Below are positions 38,170-51,500 of a DNA stretch of 64,000 nt, in pieces. This DNA comes from Ptychomitrium polyphyllum (lineage: Eukaryota). The stretch lies in NCBI GenBank assembly GCA_973851085.1, contig OZ316775.1:16616001-16680000 (forward strand), in the 5' to 3' direction. Position numbers and translations under genes: made by a program. The number at the start of each line of letters is the position of its first letter. Position 1 is the stretch's first letter. Under the pieces are notes generated by a model, which had not been told where the DNA came from, made no database searches, and saw nothing but the letters and a program-made list of their open reading frames with translations.

Positions 38170-39332
38170 TATCGCAACCCTCGTAATGCACTTTAACAAA
38201 CGTTACGCGTGTCAATCCTATACATCCCTACATGAACATGGTTAACTTCCATTTTCACTCTCCAAGTCCCAAGCTTGGTTTACAATTCCCTTACCATTTT
38301 TCTTAAGACACCCAATTGATTGGTAGCCAATGATTAGGAGCGGGCTTCCATTCATGTCCAAAGCCTCACTTGGTGTTACTTCCATTCCATACGGCCTAAC
38401 CGCACTTAGTGGTGTCTCCACACCACCACTCATGATTTTTAAGTGATCCTAAAATCACCCCGGGCCATCATGGTGCCGACGTGAAGACACCACCCCAACT
38501 GAGTGGTAACAAGCATGCTCTTGTTATTTCACTAGTTCCCTTCGTGACATTAGTCATCCATCGGCTCACAATGGTGTGGGAGTCCCCGTGGTGAAGCCCC
38601 AACACTAGCTCCACCAACCGGGACTCACCCTTGGTTCGTACCGGGACACTAAGGGAGTGGGGAGGGGGACCAGCCCTTCCCTACAGTACTCTCTGTGGGA
38701 TTCGGCAAGCCCCCTAGCCCTCTGTAGCTGGCTGAATCCCTACACACCCAAAACTTTGGAAGACCACCCGATTTCCCTTGGGACTTAGTCGCTGGAAGCC
38801 TCCAAGACTTCCTGCAGACCTTCAGGGAGCCATATCTTCTACGTTTGGTGTTTGAATTTATCAAGCAACCACTCTTCGTCATCTACTCTTTACTTAGATG
38901 CCGATAGACTCCTCAAACGTCCAATTTGACTTAATATTCTAGGAGATATGCCTCTTCCAAGGTTTGGGACTCCTGAGGAGTCTTTCCCTGGACTGTTCCA
39001 GTCCAGTACAATCACTGTCTAGGATTGCTGCAGTCCAGAACAACCCCTTGGCAACCCTAACTTTGGGATGCCATATCTTTTAGCTTTCTTGTTTGATTTG
39101 AGCAATCTTTAGCATTTCAGAATCAATTCTTTGTGATTCCTCCAATGCCTACAATTTCTCCCTTGTGGCCCTCGGTTTACATGGGTAAGGATATATCTCC
39201 CCCTCGGGGTCATTCCCACGCTAGACCCACTTGGTTCCCCTCACTATTGGCGCCACAAGTTCCGGATGTCACTTCGGGGTCTTCCTTGTGCCCTTAATGT
39301 TGCGGGCACTCCTAAAAGAGAGGTGTGCGACA
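38170..39332. mobile_element. 1163-bp probable solo LTR of a third, GC-richer family
   Basis: Termini TATCGCA...TGCGACA (one change from a perfect TGTCGCA inverted repeat); perfect 5-bp TSD GCTTC (38165-38169, 39333-39337); no coding domain recognised. Confidence 0.8.
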
Positions 39333-40214
39333 GCTTCTTTAGAAGTTTCTTAAGCCGAGGGAATTTCCTTGGAAGCTTCCTTTGCTAAGGCAACTTTCTT
39401 AAAAGCTTCTTAAATCATAAATAACTTCTTTGGAAGCTTCCTAAATCTTCTGAGAGCCTTTTAAGATGCTTCTAATATGTATGTTTGTGACATATATAGA
39501 CCTAATTCAAATACATTTTATCTAAATACAAGTATGTAATATAAGATTTATACCATCTAAAATAAATACATTCCTTGCAATTATCTTCATATCAAATTGC
39601 AATTCAACTTATGATATTCACAATAATCAAATTTTTATTCAATCACAATTTAACATTGTTTACATGCATAAATAAAATAGTTGATATCATAAAATAAGAA
39701 TACATTGGCTTTGGCAATAATATGACAAAGTAATAAATTTTCAACATAGAATTAAACTTATGCTTTGATATTCTAAAAATAATATAGTATATTTATATTA
39801 AGAATATGAATTTCATATTTTTAAAATGATACTTTAAAAAATTCATGTCATCTTCTATCAAACATCATTATAGCCTTTATCACAATGTCATTTAATTTTA
39901 CTTATTCATATTTTTAATCCTCAGTAATGTAGTTTAAAAATCCATACATTTATTCTTATATTTTCTTTAAAATAAAATACCTAGTTTTTTTAAATATGAT
40001 CTTTTATTACAAATGATAAGGCATTATATATGCATACCTACAAAATAAAAAACATGGCCATTGAACATCACATTAAATTAAAGTTGTAGTCAAAAATAAT
40101 TTAGCAGCGGTTATAATACTTAATGATTTAAGAATAAACTAATACCAAAATTTCAATTTATATATAAGCTTCTTTTTAGTTATTCATATCAATTTTTTCT
40201 TTGTTGTTCATACC

Positions 40215-40288
40215 AATATATACAATGAGCCCACAATCACATCCAATATTAAATATATACAATGAGCCCACAATCACATCCAATATTA
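40215..40288. repeat. 37-bp tandem duplication
   Basis: AATATATACAATGAGCCCACAATCACATCCAATATTA x2. Confidence 0.9.
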
Positions 40289-41129
40289 AATATTAAATCC
40301 AAAATTAAACACTTTGCCTTATGCATACTTTAATACATTATTAAAATCATAATATTATGACTATTGGCACTACTGAACTTAAATCATCAAACAAATGTTT
40401 CATTCTATTACATAGCCTTATACCTTGCTTTATATTTTCTATAAATATCAAATATTTAATCATATCAATTATGTTAAAGTTTTTTTGGGCATGAGAGGTT
40501 TAAGTTGATTTAATAAATAAATTACTTGTATTTCAACGTAGCCTTATACTTGAAAAGAACAATCACTATAAAGTGTTGAAGTTATTAATAAAAAATATTT
40601 GCCCAAGAAAATATCATTGAAGAAATCTAATTGGTAAAGGTGATATTTGAAGACTAAGCATTAAACATTGTTTTGAGCATCATCTTAGATTTTGAAAATC
40701 TAATGGTTTTTATCTTTTGTGATTCAAATCACAAAATTATGATATTGATTAGCATCTATAAAAGGTTTATTCAAAGACTATTTTTTAAAATAAGAATCAA
40801 ATCTAATTTTTATATTTAGGAGCCAAATGTCTTATGCATGTTACAAGAAAGATTGCAATATTTTCAATTTATGTCTTTTTATTGAGAACTTCAATAGAAT
40901 TGTAATTGAAGGCATACATCTTTAATGTTAAGATGTCAAAGATATATATATTTTTAAAATGAAAACATTCTATCAAAAACATCAAATAAATGATTGTGCA
41001 GTTGAATTACAAAATTTTTGCAAAAATACAATGATAAAAATCTAGTTAAGAATTTCATTAAACATTTTAGATTACCTTCAAGAACACCTATTATACTTTT
41101 AAGAAAATAAATTATTACAAATGAGTATT

Positions 41130-42110
41130 GATTATCAAAGGCTCAATATGATTACTAAAAAAACTTGCTATTCTTTATCATTGGTTTTAAGACTGTTAAA
41201 GTAATTTAGGCAAATAAAAACTTTCTTTGAAATTGATTTTAGAAGAGCTTACAATCTTGTTCAAATTCAAATAAAAGATGAACAAAATATGAGATTTCAA
41301 TATAAAGTGTGGCCATTTTGAATTTAATGTCATGCATTCTAATATCACCAGTGCATTTGCAATTTTTCTACGTATAATAAATGACATCTTTTGTAAGTAT
41401 TTATACAAACTTTTCATCAATTATTTAAATGACGTTTTGATATGTTTAAACAACAAAGAAAAATATGAATACTAAATATGCATAACTGTTAAAACTTTTT
41501 AGCAATAAAGAATATATGCAATATTTTAAAAATTGCCTTTTGTATAAATCATAATTTTATTTTTTTTCGCTATAGCACTTTTGTAAATAGAGTAGTTTAA
41601 AGATTCAAAGGTAATACAAATTATTCTTGATTAAAACACATCAATATCAACTTAAAACTTTTAAAACTTTTTTGAATTTGCAAACGCTTATAAAATCTTC
41701 ATCAAACAAGGATCTTAGATTTTTTTCCAATTAATAAGTCTTATAAAAAACTTCACTTGAATGAAGAGGTTAAAGAAGTTTTTCAAATATTACAAAAAAT
41801 CTTTTATATAGGCGCCAAACATTGATTGAGCAAATCCATCAAAACTATTCTATTTGGAAAACTAACTATTTAAACTTTATATTGGATTTACAACTTTTAT
41901 AATATGGTGAATATAGACAACTCTACCCTATTGTATTATTATGCCAAAATTTCTTTGCTCAAATATGAACAATAGAATGTGATAAAAAAAATTTGGACTA
42001 CTATTGATAAATTTAGAAAGAAGCATTACCTACTTAAAATAAGGCATATTATAATTAACATTAGTTAAAAATCATGAAATGAAAATATTTCATTTACAAA
42101 TTCATTTTGA
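41130..42110 (+). pseudogene. Very old AT-eroded Gypsy RT/RNase H relic
   Basis: Residual IDLRRAYNLVQI, GHFEFNVM and YLNDVLI-like motifs, collinear with the RT at 51000-51950; boundaries approximate. Confidence 0.7.
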
Positions 42111-42513
42111 ATCTAGAAATGCACATTTTAAAATAAAAATTAAAAAAATGTAGATTTTAAATCCAAATGAAAACCTTAAATTACTCAAGTACAAAAAAAA
42201 GATAGACATTTGGATAAGTGAACTTCAAAACTGTAACTACATCGATCTTTAAGGCTTATTTTATCTATTTTTAGGCATTCCTAATACTTAACACAAAAAG
42301 GTGAAACAAACCCACCGTCCTCGTTGTAAAAACACTTCTCAATTCAACCTCAAGTAATTCGGAAAACAAACCAACCAGCTTCGGCCCGGACATTTTAGTA
42401 TGACGCTGACCTGCCAAGGCATAAGAGACACCCGACATCCAAACCTAGCTTGGACGAAGCAGAAGACGTTCGGAATGCCAGACCTAAATGACAGCAGCAC
42501 ACGGAGAGCGGGC

Positions 42514-44026
42514 CGAGTTTAGGGTTTAAGGGTGAAGGGCGAAGCTCAGAGCCTTTCTCTCTCGCCTTCTCCCGTTAGCGTGCAGGGACCCTGACCGCAC
42601 CACAGCAGCAGCAACAATGCCGGCCGGCCATGGTCTGCGCTCCCGCACCCGGGACCTGTTCTCCAGGCCCTTCCGGCACAAAGGGTACATCCCCTTGACC
42701 ACCTACCTGCGCACCTTCAAGATCGGCGACTATGTGGACATCAAGGTGAACGGCGCCATTCACAAGGGCATGCCCCACAAGTTCTACCATGGCCGCACCG
42801 GTATCGTCTGGAACGTCACCAAGCGCGCCGTCGGTGTCGTCATGAACAAGCAGGTATGGCGCACTTTATTTTTTCTTGGGGTGTGACGGCTGCGGCGGTG
42901 ATTGTTGTACCGTTGGTGTGGTTGTCTTGCTGGAATGGGTTCGTGCTCGGATTCGTTTTGAGAGGTAGGAAGGGTTGTGTTGTGAAGCGGGAAGTGTCCG
43001 TCTTTTCGACGGTGTTGGGTGTTTATTAGGGCTTTGTTTACTGGTGGTGGTGTTCATTAGGGTTTGGTTTGGCTTTTAGCCTTGCCCGGGACTGGCTGGC
43101 ACTGTGGAACTGGGGTTTTTGCTTATTGGTGTCGTTAGCAGTTGGTGTTTCGAATGCTCTTTCTCTCGCTCTTGTCATTGCATCCAGAGTATTAGGGCTT
43201 CTTAGAGTACGGTGTCAGCCGTAGAAGTCTTGGCCATTGCTTAGGGTTCACACGGGTGGGACTGGGTTTCCTTGGCTCTTTGTGCCACAATTGTACAGGC
43301 AAGATAGCGACTTGTTCATGTTTTTATGCTCGTCCACCCGTCTGTCACTACTACGGGTGGTGTTGCTGTTCCTGGACTTCGTCAGTCGTGCACTTGCTAG
43401 CGCCTCTCACGAACAGTTCGTTTCAGCATTCAGCATCCCCCGGTCTAAGAAATAGGTCTTCCGCTGTGCATACCATGTGATTGTGTGTTTGCACTTGCTC
43501 CAAGTCCCGGCCACCGTTGTTTTTGTGTTGAGTCAGGTGATAGATGGCCGTTAAGATGTTGATTCGTCGGCCAAGCACAATAGGTGTCTCGATTTTGACC
43601 ACGGTCACGGAACCCCCCATCTTGCAGGTTGGAAACAGGATCATCCAGAAGCGTCTGCATGTGCGTATCGAGCACGTGCAGCCTTCACGCTGCCGGGAGG
43701 AGTTCCTTGAGCGCCGCAAGAGCAATGACATCAAGAAGGCCGAGGCCAAGGCTAGGGGTGAGACCGTGGACCTGAAGCGTCAGCCTGCTGGTCCGAGGAG
43801 CGGATTCGTCCTGGACTCGTCTACCCTAGAGACCGTTACTCCCATTCCTTACGATGTCGTTAACGACCTGAAGGGGGGATACTAGATTCTTCCTCGTAGA
43901 TGTACTGTGGGCGAACCTAACTGTATCTCTACTTCATGAATACATGATTTCGACCAAGTTGTACTGTCTCGGACGCTATCTGGAAGCGTCAGATTGGAGC
44001 GTGATGTGAATTTGAGGTCTGTTTTT
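42514..44026 (+). repeat. Right arm of the 1513-bp inverted repeat
   Basis: Reverse complement of 26461-27973. Confidence 0.95.
42617..43885 (+). CDS. RPL21: 60S ribosomal protein L21 (eL21), copy 2, 164 aa; exons 42617-42853, 43628-43885
   Basis: Same protein and intron as copy 1. Confidence 0.98.
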
Positions 44027-47000
44027 ACAGACCTAATAGATTAAGTCACGAATCCAGGATGTATGAGTGGTCTCACCTTCCTCACGTCTTTTGTGTTCGT
44101 AATTGGTTTTTCTTGCTTAAATTGGTACATATTTCATTGCAAGCATCTTGGAGTAGTCATCTGCATTCTGAAGTGTACTGAGTTAGTAAAGTACTTCAAT
44201 AGTATTTACATGCCTCTTGAAGTTAATCTATGGAAAGGATATTCAATGTTACAAATTTCTTGACAACCTTGAAATCGAGATTGAATGAGTTTTGCCCGAA
44301 GTCTTCATGCATTCACTATTACATAGGCTTTCCACATTGTGGTATTCAGTTCTCACTTTCAGAGGTGGGTCAAATTCTTTGAGACTAAAGAATGCAATGA
44401 TTGCAAACGTCCATTTGATTACAGACGTCCATATAAACGTCTGTAGTTATTACTTAGGATACAAATCCATTTCTAGTGGTTTTCAAAACACATAAGTGAA
44501 AAAAGAAAATATACTTGAATGCAAAGAACATTTAATTTTAACTGCATGAATACTAGCAACTGAATGTAAATTTAATTTAGGTATATTGAAAAGCGTGAGG
44601 TTTTTATCAAATTTTAAGAAATATTCAATTAATAGTATATAATGTTATATAGAAGCCATTATATAGTATTTTATTCATTAAATTACTGGTTACATTCATA
44701 TCCAAGTTTCCACCCAAATTCAATAAGTAATAAGTTATTTTCATGCATTTCCACTTCTTTCATGTGATTAAAGATGGTTGCTATTAAATAATTTGGTTTT
44801 ACACAAAATAAAACCACAAATATAAAATTGTGCATTAGCTTATATAAGAATATTTGAATGTTCTTAGATAATCTTTGTTTGCTGCATTTTTAACTTTTAA
44901 TTAAAGTAATTTTATTTTTCTCAAAATGATACATAAAGTTTTTATAAGATAAGCTAAAATATGTAATGTATAGTTAAAAAGCAATTTAGGATGAATCAAG
45001 AATTTGTTTATCTTTAACCACATGGTTCTAGTACCATGTATATATGCATGTATGTTTGTATGTTTTTTATAAAGTAAATAATAATGATAAATTCTATTAA
45101 TCATCTATAATATATAAAGTGAATACCAAATATATTTTCATTCATAAAAAAAATAATAAAATCTCTATTTTAATTATTGAATTATTATAGGTTCAAAATG
45201 GTATTTTTTTACTAAATGAAATAGATTTGAGGCAAAAAAAAAAAGTTAAAAATAAGATAAATGTTATTTTGATTAACGATTGAAATTCCAATTTGTAGCT
45301 TCATTTTGACGTAAAATGCCAAAAGTATATTCATCATTTCCAAAGAACCTACAAGATTAAAATAATATTATTATTTTTCAACAAATTAGCAACGTCTTTA
45401 ATATGCTCAAGTTTCAAATAATTCTTTAACAATACATAGTCTAACACAAGTTTAATATGAATTAAGAGCTTATTTCTTAAGCATGGAATTCAAGTAAATG
45501 ATATTGTTAGTAAATGCATGAAAACATGAGTTTAAGTTGGTTACTCCAATGAAACAAAAATTTGGACAATTGAATTATACTTTTGAGTGATGGAATCATC
45601 TTTTTAAAATGAGGTGATAAAAGAAGTTCATTGAAGAATGTCATAAAATTTGAATGTTGTAAACTTTTAAAATTGGATTTAGTCACGTATGACCTTATAA
45701 AAACCAAGGTTCCTATTTATTCATCCTATATTCTAGTATTACATATAAGGATGTTCATCCATAAAAATGACTGCATGCAAGTAACTTGAATGCCATGGTA
45801 ATTCATGAGATTTTAGTTGTACAGTAAGATTTAATCTAACTCAAAGGGTGCAGTTAGCTTTTTTGCTTATGTGTAGTGGATATGGGTGCCTGGCCAAGTA
45901 GAAACAAAGTCCTTATTTAAGTTAATTTTTTTAAGTCACAAGATTGATATTTTCTTCTTAATAATCATCGTTAAGGACTTCTTCCACAACAAATAATACT
46001 CAATAAGCAGGTATAGCAAGTGTCTCAGTCCATGAAGATACATTTTGATTTCTTACAATATGATATTTTAAATTTTTTATTGTTATTGATGTTTATTCAA
46101 TAAAAAACACATTACATTTATAGAAAAAATAATATTTGAAAATAAGTAAGGAATTAAAATTAGAATTTAGGATATTAAAAAATGTATAACAAACTGTAAA
46201 CAATTAATTTAACTTATTACTAAACATCAATTCATAATAATTAAATTGTGCAATTTGAAAAAGAAAAATAATTATATTTCATTTATACTAAAAAGAGGAC
46301 TTGTAATATACAAATGATAGATAACACACTACACATAGATGCTAAACTAAGCATTAATATATAGATTTAAGAATGTTGAAAATGAAAGTTTTAAAATGTA
46401 TTCTTTAATTAAAATTCTAAAATACAAAAGCAGTTGGAAATTTGAAATATAGAAATTAAAAATTAGTATACAAATACATTGGATTTTTGCAGTACAAAAG
46501 AATCAAAATTCTAATACATCAATATAAATTTGGAATATAAAAAAAATAAAAGGTTTGAAAATTTTAATTCTTTTATACATAACAGGATGAAGAACAAGAA
46601 GAAAAAATGATTGTGAAAAGGAAGAAAAGACGCTTAGAGCTAAAAAATTTGCTTAATTCTTTTGAGCCATCTTTCTAGTCCTTTCAATATCTCATCTTTT
46701 TTGTTCCACCTACCATTACTATTTCCTCCATTTTCCTTCTACCATTCCAATACTTGTTTTCTTTTTCCTTTCCTCCTAACATTCCATTTTGTCCTTCTCT
46801 TCTTTTTAATTATATTTTCTTTTCCCTTATTTCCTAGTAAACCATCCATTTAAATTTTTTTTCTTTTGATCCATCCCACTTCTTTTATGTTATTTCTTTC
46901 TCCATAGCTCCATTATCTTGTCCATCTTTCCACTACTTTGTTTTTCTTCCATTTCTTTAAACAGAAAGAATAATGAAATATTTGTATACTTATGTGGCTT

Positions 47001-47991
47001 TGAGAATGTAAAAAGGATTATTCAAAAAACATGCAGTTTTAAAATTTATTGAAAGAAAATGTATAAATTTAGATTTAAGATTCTATTGTATAAATTGATA
47101 TTAAAAATTCATTAGTTTCTTTTTCAATTAATGCAAAATCCTATTTGAAAATTTCAATTATTAAAGCATTATAGAATAGAATTCTATAATGCTTTTTTAT
47201 ATTATGATTTTTTAATTATTATATGTTATTTATAATAATTGAAACAAAAGTGTTTGTACAGTACTTCATTGATTAATATGATACCAAAGCTACAAATTAG
47301 ATTGTACAAAAATGTATTATTGGTTATTTTGGATCATTTATTCTATTTTATAACATTACTATAATAATCACACATATATACAGCACCATTAAATCTTCAT
47401 ATATTATCAATGATATAATGGTACGGTATCCAAATTATCTTTATTTATAATGTTTCTTTAAAATAAAGATATTCTATATTATATTATTTACTAATTAATT
47501 GATGGTGGTATTTATAATATGAAAGATATTTTAATTTATTGTAAATATCATATTGCATAATAAATCTAATCAAAATATCAATTTAAACATGAATGATAAA
47601 TTTATGATACTACTTCATATGAAATAGTTATTGAATAAAAACTTGTTTTTAATTAAAGCATATAAGATTGTATAACATCAATGTATAGAAAGAAGAAGAA
47701 GGTTATAAATAAGACAAATGGAAGACAAATAAAAAGATTTTTTGAATAATTCTATCATATAGTGATTTAATGGCCTTTGGACTTAATTTTTGCTAAATTA
47801 TATGCTCTTCAATACAATATTCAAGTCGATCTATCCACTAATTCGATTTATTATAATGTAGTCCATTTATGTAGTATGTCCAAATTTAATTGAATTTATA
47901 AAGCTTCCTTAGGGTGGAAATATTGAGATCCATTTGGTAGCATTAAATCTAGAAGAAGGTAGTTGAAGTTCTTCATTATAACAATACCTTA

Positions 47992-48407
47992 TGCCATGGA
48001 CATAGAGCATGCAACATACTCTTTAGAATCTTCTTAAACCTTCTGTTATATTGTAGTAGCTTCGTAGAATACTTTCAATGCTTCTATAGCCGTTTCCACT
48101 GCCTTGGAAAATTTCCTAGGAAAGTTCCATTATCTTGGAAAACTTTTTAGGAGGGTTCCATAGACTTCTAGAACATTTTTAAGCTTCATAAGAAGATTTT
48201 TTAGAAGTATTTTAGGAGATATAAACATTATAGTATAAATAGGAACCAAGACAAGATATACTTTAGTCTTGCCAATACAAGTTGTGGATTATAATGTATC
48301 CTACCTTGCTCATGTCTTTATATCAATTCTTGTTAATCATTAGCTCTTTGGAAGCTAATTCTTCAAAAAGACTTTGATTCTATTTCTTATTTTTTGTGTT
48401 TCTAATA
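47992..48407 (+). mobile_element. Degenerate solo LTR, family A (416 bp)
   Basis: Homologous to family A LTRs (TATAAATAGG...TAGTCTTGCCAA); perfect CCTTA TSD at 47987-47991 and 48408-48412. Confidence 0.88.
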
Positions 48408-48521
48408 CCTTAAGCCTTTGAAGTTTGGCCTTAGATTTGCAAGTCTATGACCATTGGACCCATTAGACATGACTACTACCAATTGATCAAAATGAAATTG
48501 CTTGGAGACTAGGTTTAATAT

Positions 48522-51500
48522 TGTTACGGACATACATATAGGAAGGATCTAAAAAGGTTCATGAGAAGGTTTAGGAAGCTTCCAAGGAAGTTACTTTGGT
48601 CTAGGAAACTTCCAAGGAAGCAACTCAAGGTTGTTTGAGTAGAAAGCAATGTGGTTCAAGCTTCCCAAGAAGCTTCCAAGACTTGTAGTTCTATTGTATA
48701 TAAGAGTTGAGGCTGAAGGAATCTTTAATCTCGACAATGCATCTCTTGTGGTCTATTTCAGACCTTCTGGCCTTGTCTTTTGTATCTTGTTGTAGCTCTT
48801 TATCTCTAATATACCTTGGACATATCTTATTCCACATTCTGGAATCCTGAAGCCTTGTCTTGTGGTTACTCTGTCCATAAAAATTTGACGAGATTGTCAT
48901 ACAACAATATCGGAGCTTGGTCTTTTTTGAAAGAGAGTAGCTCGCCTTTCTTTCTTGAAAATAGTATATCACTTTAGAAGTTGGGAATTACTCTTCTTTA
49001 TACTGATATTGCTTCTTGTAATTTCTTTGGTTTCTTGCATATTTAGCAGTTTTTATCTGCTCCCATTTCACTTCTATGCCAAGAGATGAAGAAGTCAATA
49101 TGGCTGATTAAAAAGAAACCAAGTTAGATTCCACTATCAATGCCCTCAAAGCATTGAAGATCAAGATTGAGACTTTATCCAAGTAAAACAAAGAACTGTA
49201 TTTGACCATGCACAATGGTTAAGGAGCAAAAGCACTGCAGTTGCTATCTCTAGTCAACTTAGGTGCTTCATTGTTTATACCTGATTTGGTAGATGACGGG
49301 CAAGTTCAAGCTAGGAATTCAATGTCAACAACCAAAGAACTAAGAATTAGCCTTTTGAAGAAGTTTGATGGTACATGTTCAAAATTTCCAGGCTTTGTAA
49401 ATCATATTCAACTTGTTACCTTGTTTCAACCTCAACGGTATCCTACAAACGCTTTATGCGTTGGTTTGGTAAGAACGTTGCTCTTGAGTCAAGCATTGTC
49501 CTAGTTTGTACCACTTTTTGAAAGAATTCTTTCATATTTAGCAACTTTGATGCATTCCTAGCCACATTTGCAGAAGCATTTGGTGACCATGACAAGCTTT
49601 ATTTTGCAACTATTAAAATTTGTGCCTTGTGCCTAGGGCCACGTTCTATATCAATTTATATATTAGAATTTCAACAACTTGCATGCAACATGAAATAGGG
49701 AGAAGAAGCGTTGATGAGTCAATTTCATTGGGACATATGTGATGAGGTTAAGGATTTATTGCTATCTATGCCAGACCTCCAAACACTTGATGAGGCCATT
49801 AGCCAAGCTTTGAAGTGCGACAATCGTCTATTTCAATATCAACAAGATAAACAGACTTTGATTACGCCTTGGCCTTATACCAACTTTTCAATAGCTACAG
49901 CCCCGTTTACCTCTATTAAATATTTGGGAGCAGAAGCCATACAGATTGATGCAGTTTGCTTCAAACCCCTTACCGAACATGAGAAGAAGCGACGAAGGGA
50001 GCAAGGATTGTGTTTGTACTGTGGAAAATTTGGCCACAAGGTTGATAACTGTCTAGAAAAACCTCCATGTACATATCAGATGAGAGGTACAACCACCATG
50101 CCAAATGCTTTGCAGAAAAATGAGGACGTCTAGCCATGATAGGGACCGTGCGGCTCGATCCGCTTTTTTTGCAAAAAAAAAGAAGGCTATGTTCTATTAG
50201 CCCATCTTTCTTCTTGTTTTACTATACCTATTTGTTTAGGTGTTCAGAAGCTCAAAAGCCTTGCTCTAAGAGATTCAGGAGTCTCTTCTTGCTTTATTGA
50301 CAATTTTTTTGAAAAGCCATAAGTTTTTATAATTATAAAATCCAAATCCGTCCATATAGAGGTCATAGATTGCCAACTATTATCTTCGGGAGATGTTATT
50401 CATGACATCAATCCATTAACAATATCATTGGACAATTATAGTAGCCATGTAATATTTAATGTCATTAGGTTTTTTTCAAGTCCCATCATTTTAGGACTTT
50501 CTTGGTTTAAAAAGTACAATATGCAAATAGATTGGATATTCCACAAAATAAAATTTCCATCATTAGAACCTGTAACTATTAAGCCCAAAGAAGAAATTAA
50601 AGCATCTTATTAATCTAAGACCATAAAGCCTCTTTTTATTGGAGTTAGAGTATTTATAAGAGCAACAAAGACTAGTGCTTCTTTTGTTATGTATGCAACT
50701 CTAATGCCCAAAGTTGTGGCTTCATCCTCAACAATTTCAGAAAGTATAAGGAGTTCAACAATATATTCAAAATGAAGAATGCAAACATCCTATCAAAACA
50801 TTGTTCCTACAATTGTGCCATAGACCTCTAAGACGATGCCCAACCATCATTTGGACCTATCTATAACTTATCTCAAAACAAGCTTTCATCACTAAACGAG
50901 TATTTTAATGAAAACTTAGCTAAGAACTTCATTTGACATTCAAATTCTTCTACTAGTACTCTGATACTTTTTGTAAAGAAAAAAGATGGATCTTTATAAA
51001 TGTGTGTTGATTATTGCTGCTTCAACAAAATGACGTTGAAGAACCGATATCCATTGCCGCTGATATCTAGGCTTCTTGATCAACTTGGCTGAGCAAAGAT
51101 CTATACAAAAATAGACTTGCGAGGAGCTTACAATTTGGTGCGCATTAAAAAAGGAGACGAATGGAAGACGACTTTTCAATCAAAGTATGGACATTTTGAA
51201 TACAATGTCATGCCTTTTGGACTTACCAAAACACCTGCCATTTTTCAGCACTTGATAAATGACATATTTTGGGAGTATTTCAATGATTTTCTTGTACACT
51301 ATCTAGATGATATCTTGATCTATTCAAAGAATCTAGAGGAACATGAACAACATGTCCACATAGTCCTACAAAAGCTATGAGATGCTGATTTGTTTGCCTA
51401 AGCTGGAGAAATGTGTATTCCACAAATCTCAGGTGGAATTCCTTAAGTATATCATCTCCAACAAAGGACTATTGATGGATCCAAAGAAGGTTGAAGCAAT

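Larger units (their letters stand above)
31294..39492 (-). mobile_element. Family B solo LTR (about 420 bp) split into three pieces (31294-31545, 38157-38169, 39338-39492) by two later insertions
   Basis: The joined pieces match the reverse complement of LTR 48522-48882; perfect TATAT TSD at 31289-31293 and 39493-39497. Confidence 0.85.

Noticed and set aside
43025..43250. Scattered TTAGGG motifs
   Set aside because: Isolated telo-box-like motifs in a ribosomal protein intron, not an interstitial telomere array
47987..48412. CCTTA-like TSD shared by two family A solo LTRs (also at 10259/10897)
   Set aside because: Opposite orientation relative to the element, and a third insertion has a different TSD; n=2 is compatible with chance
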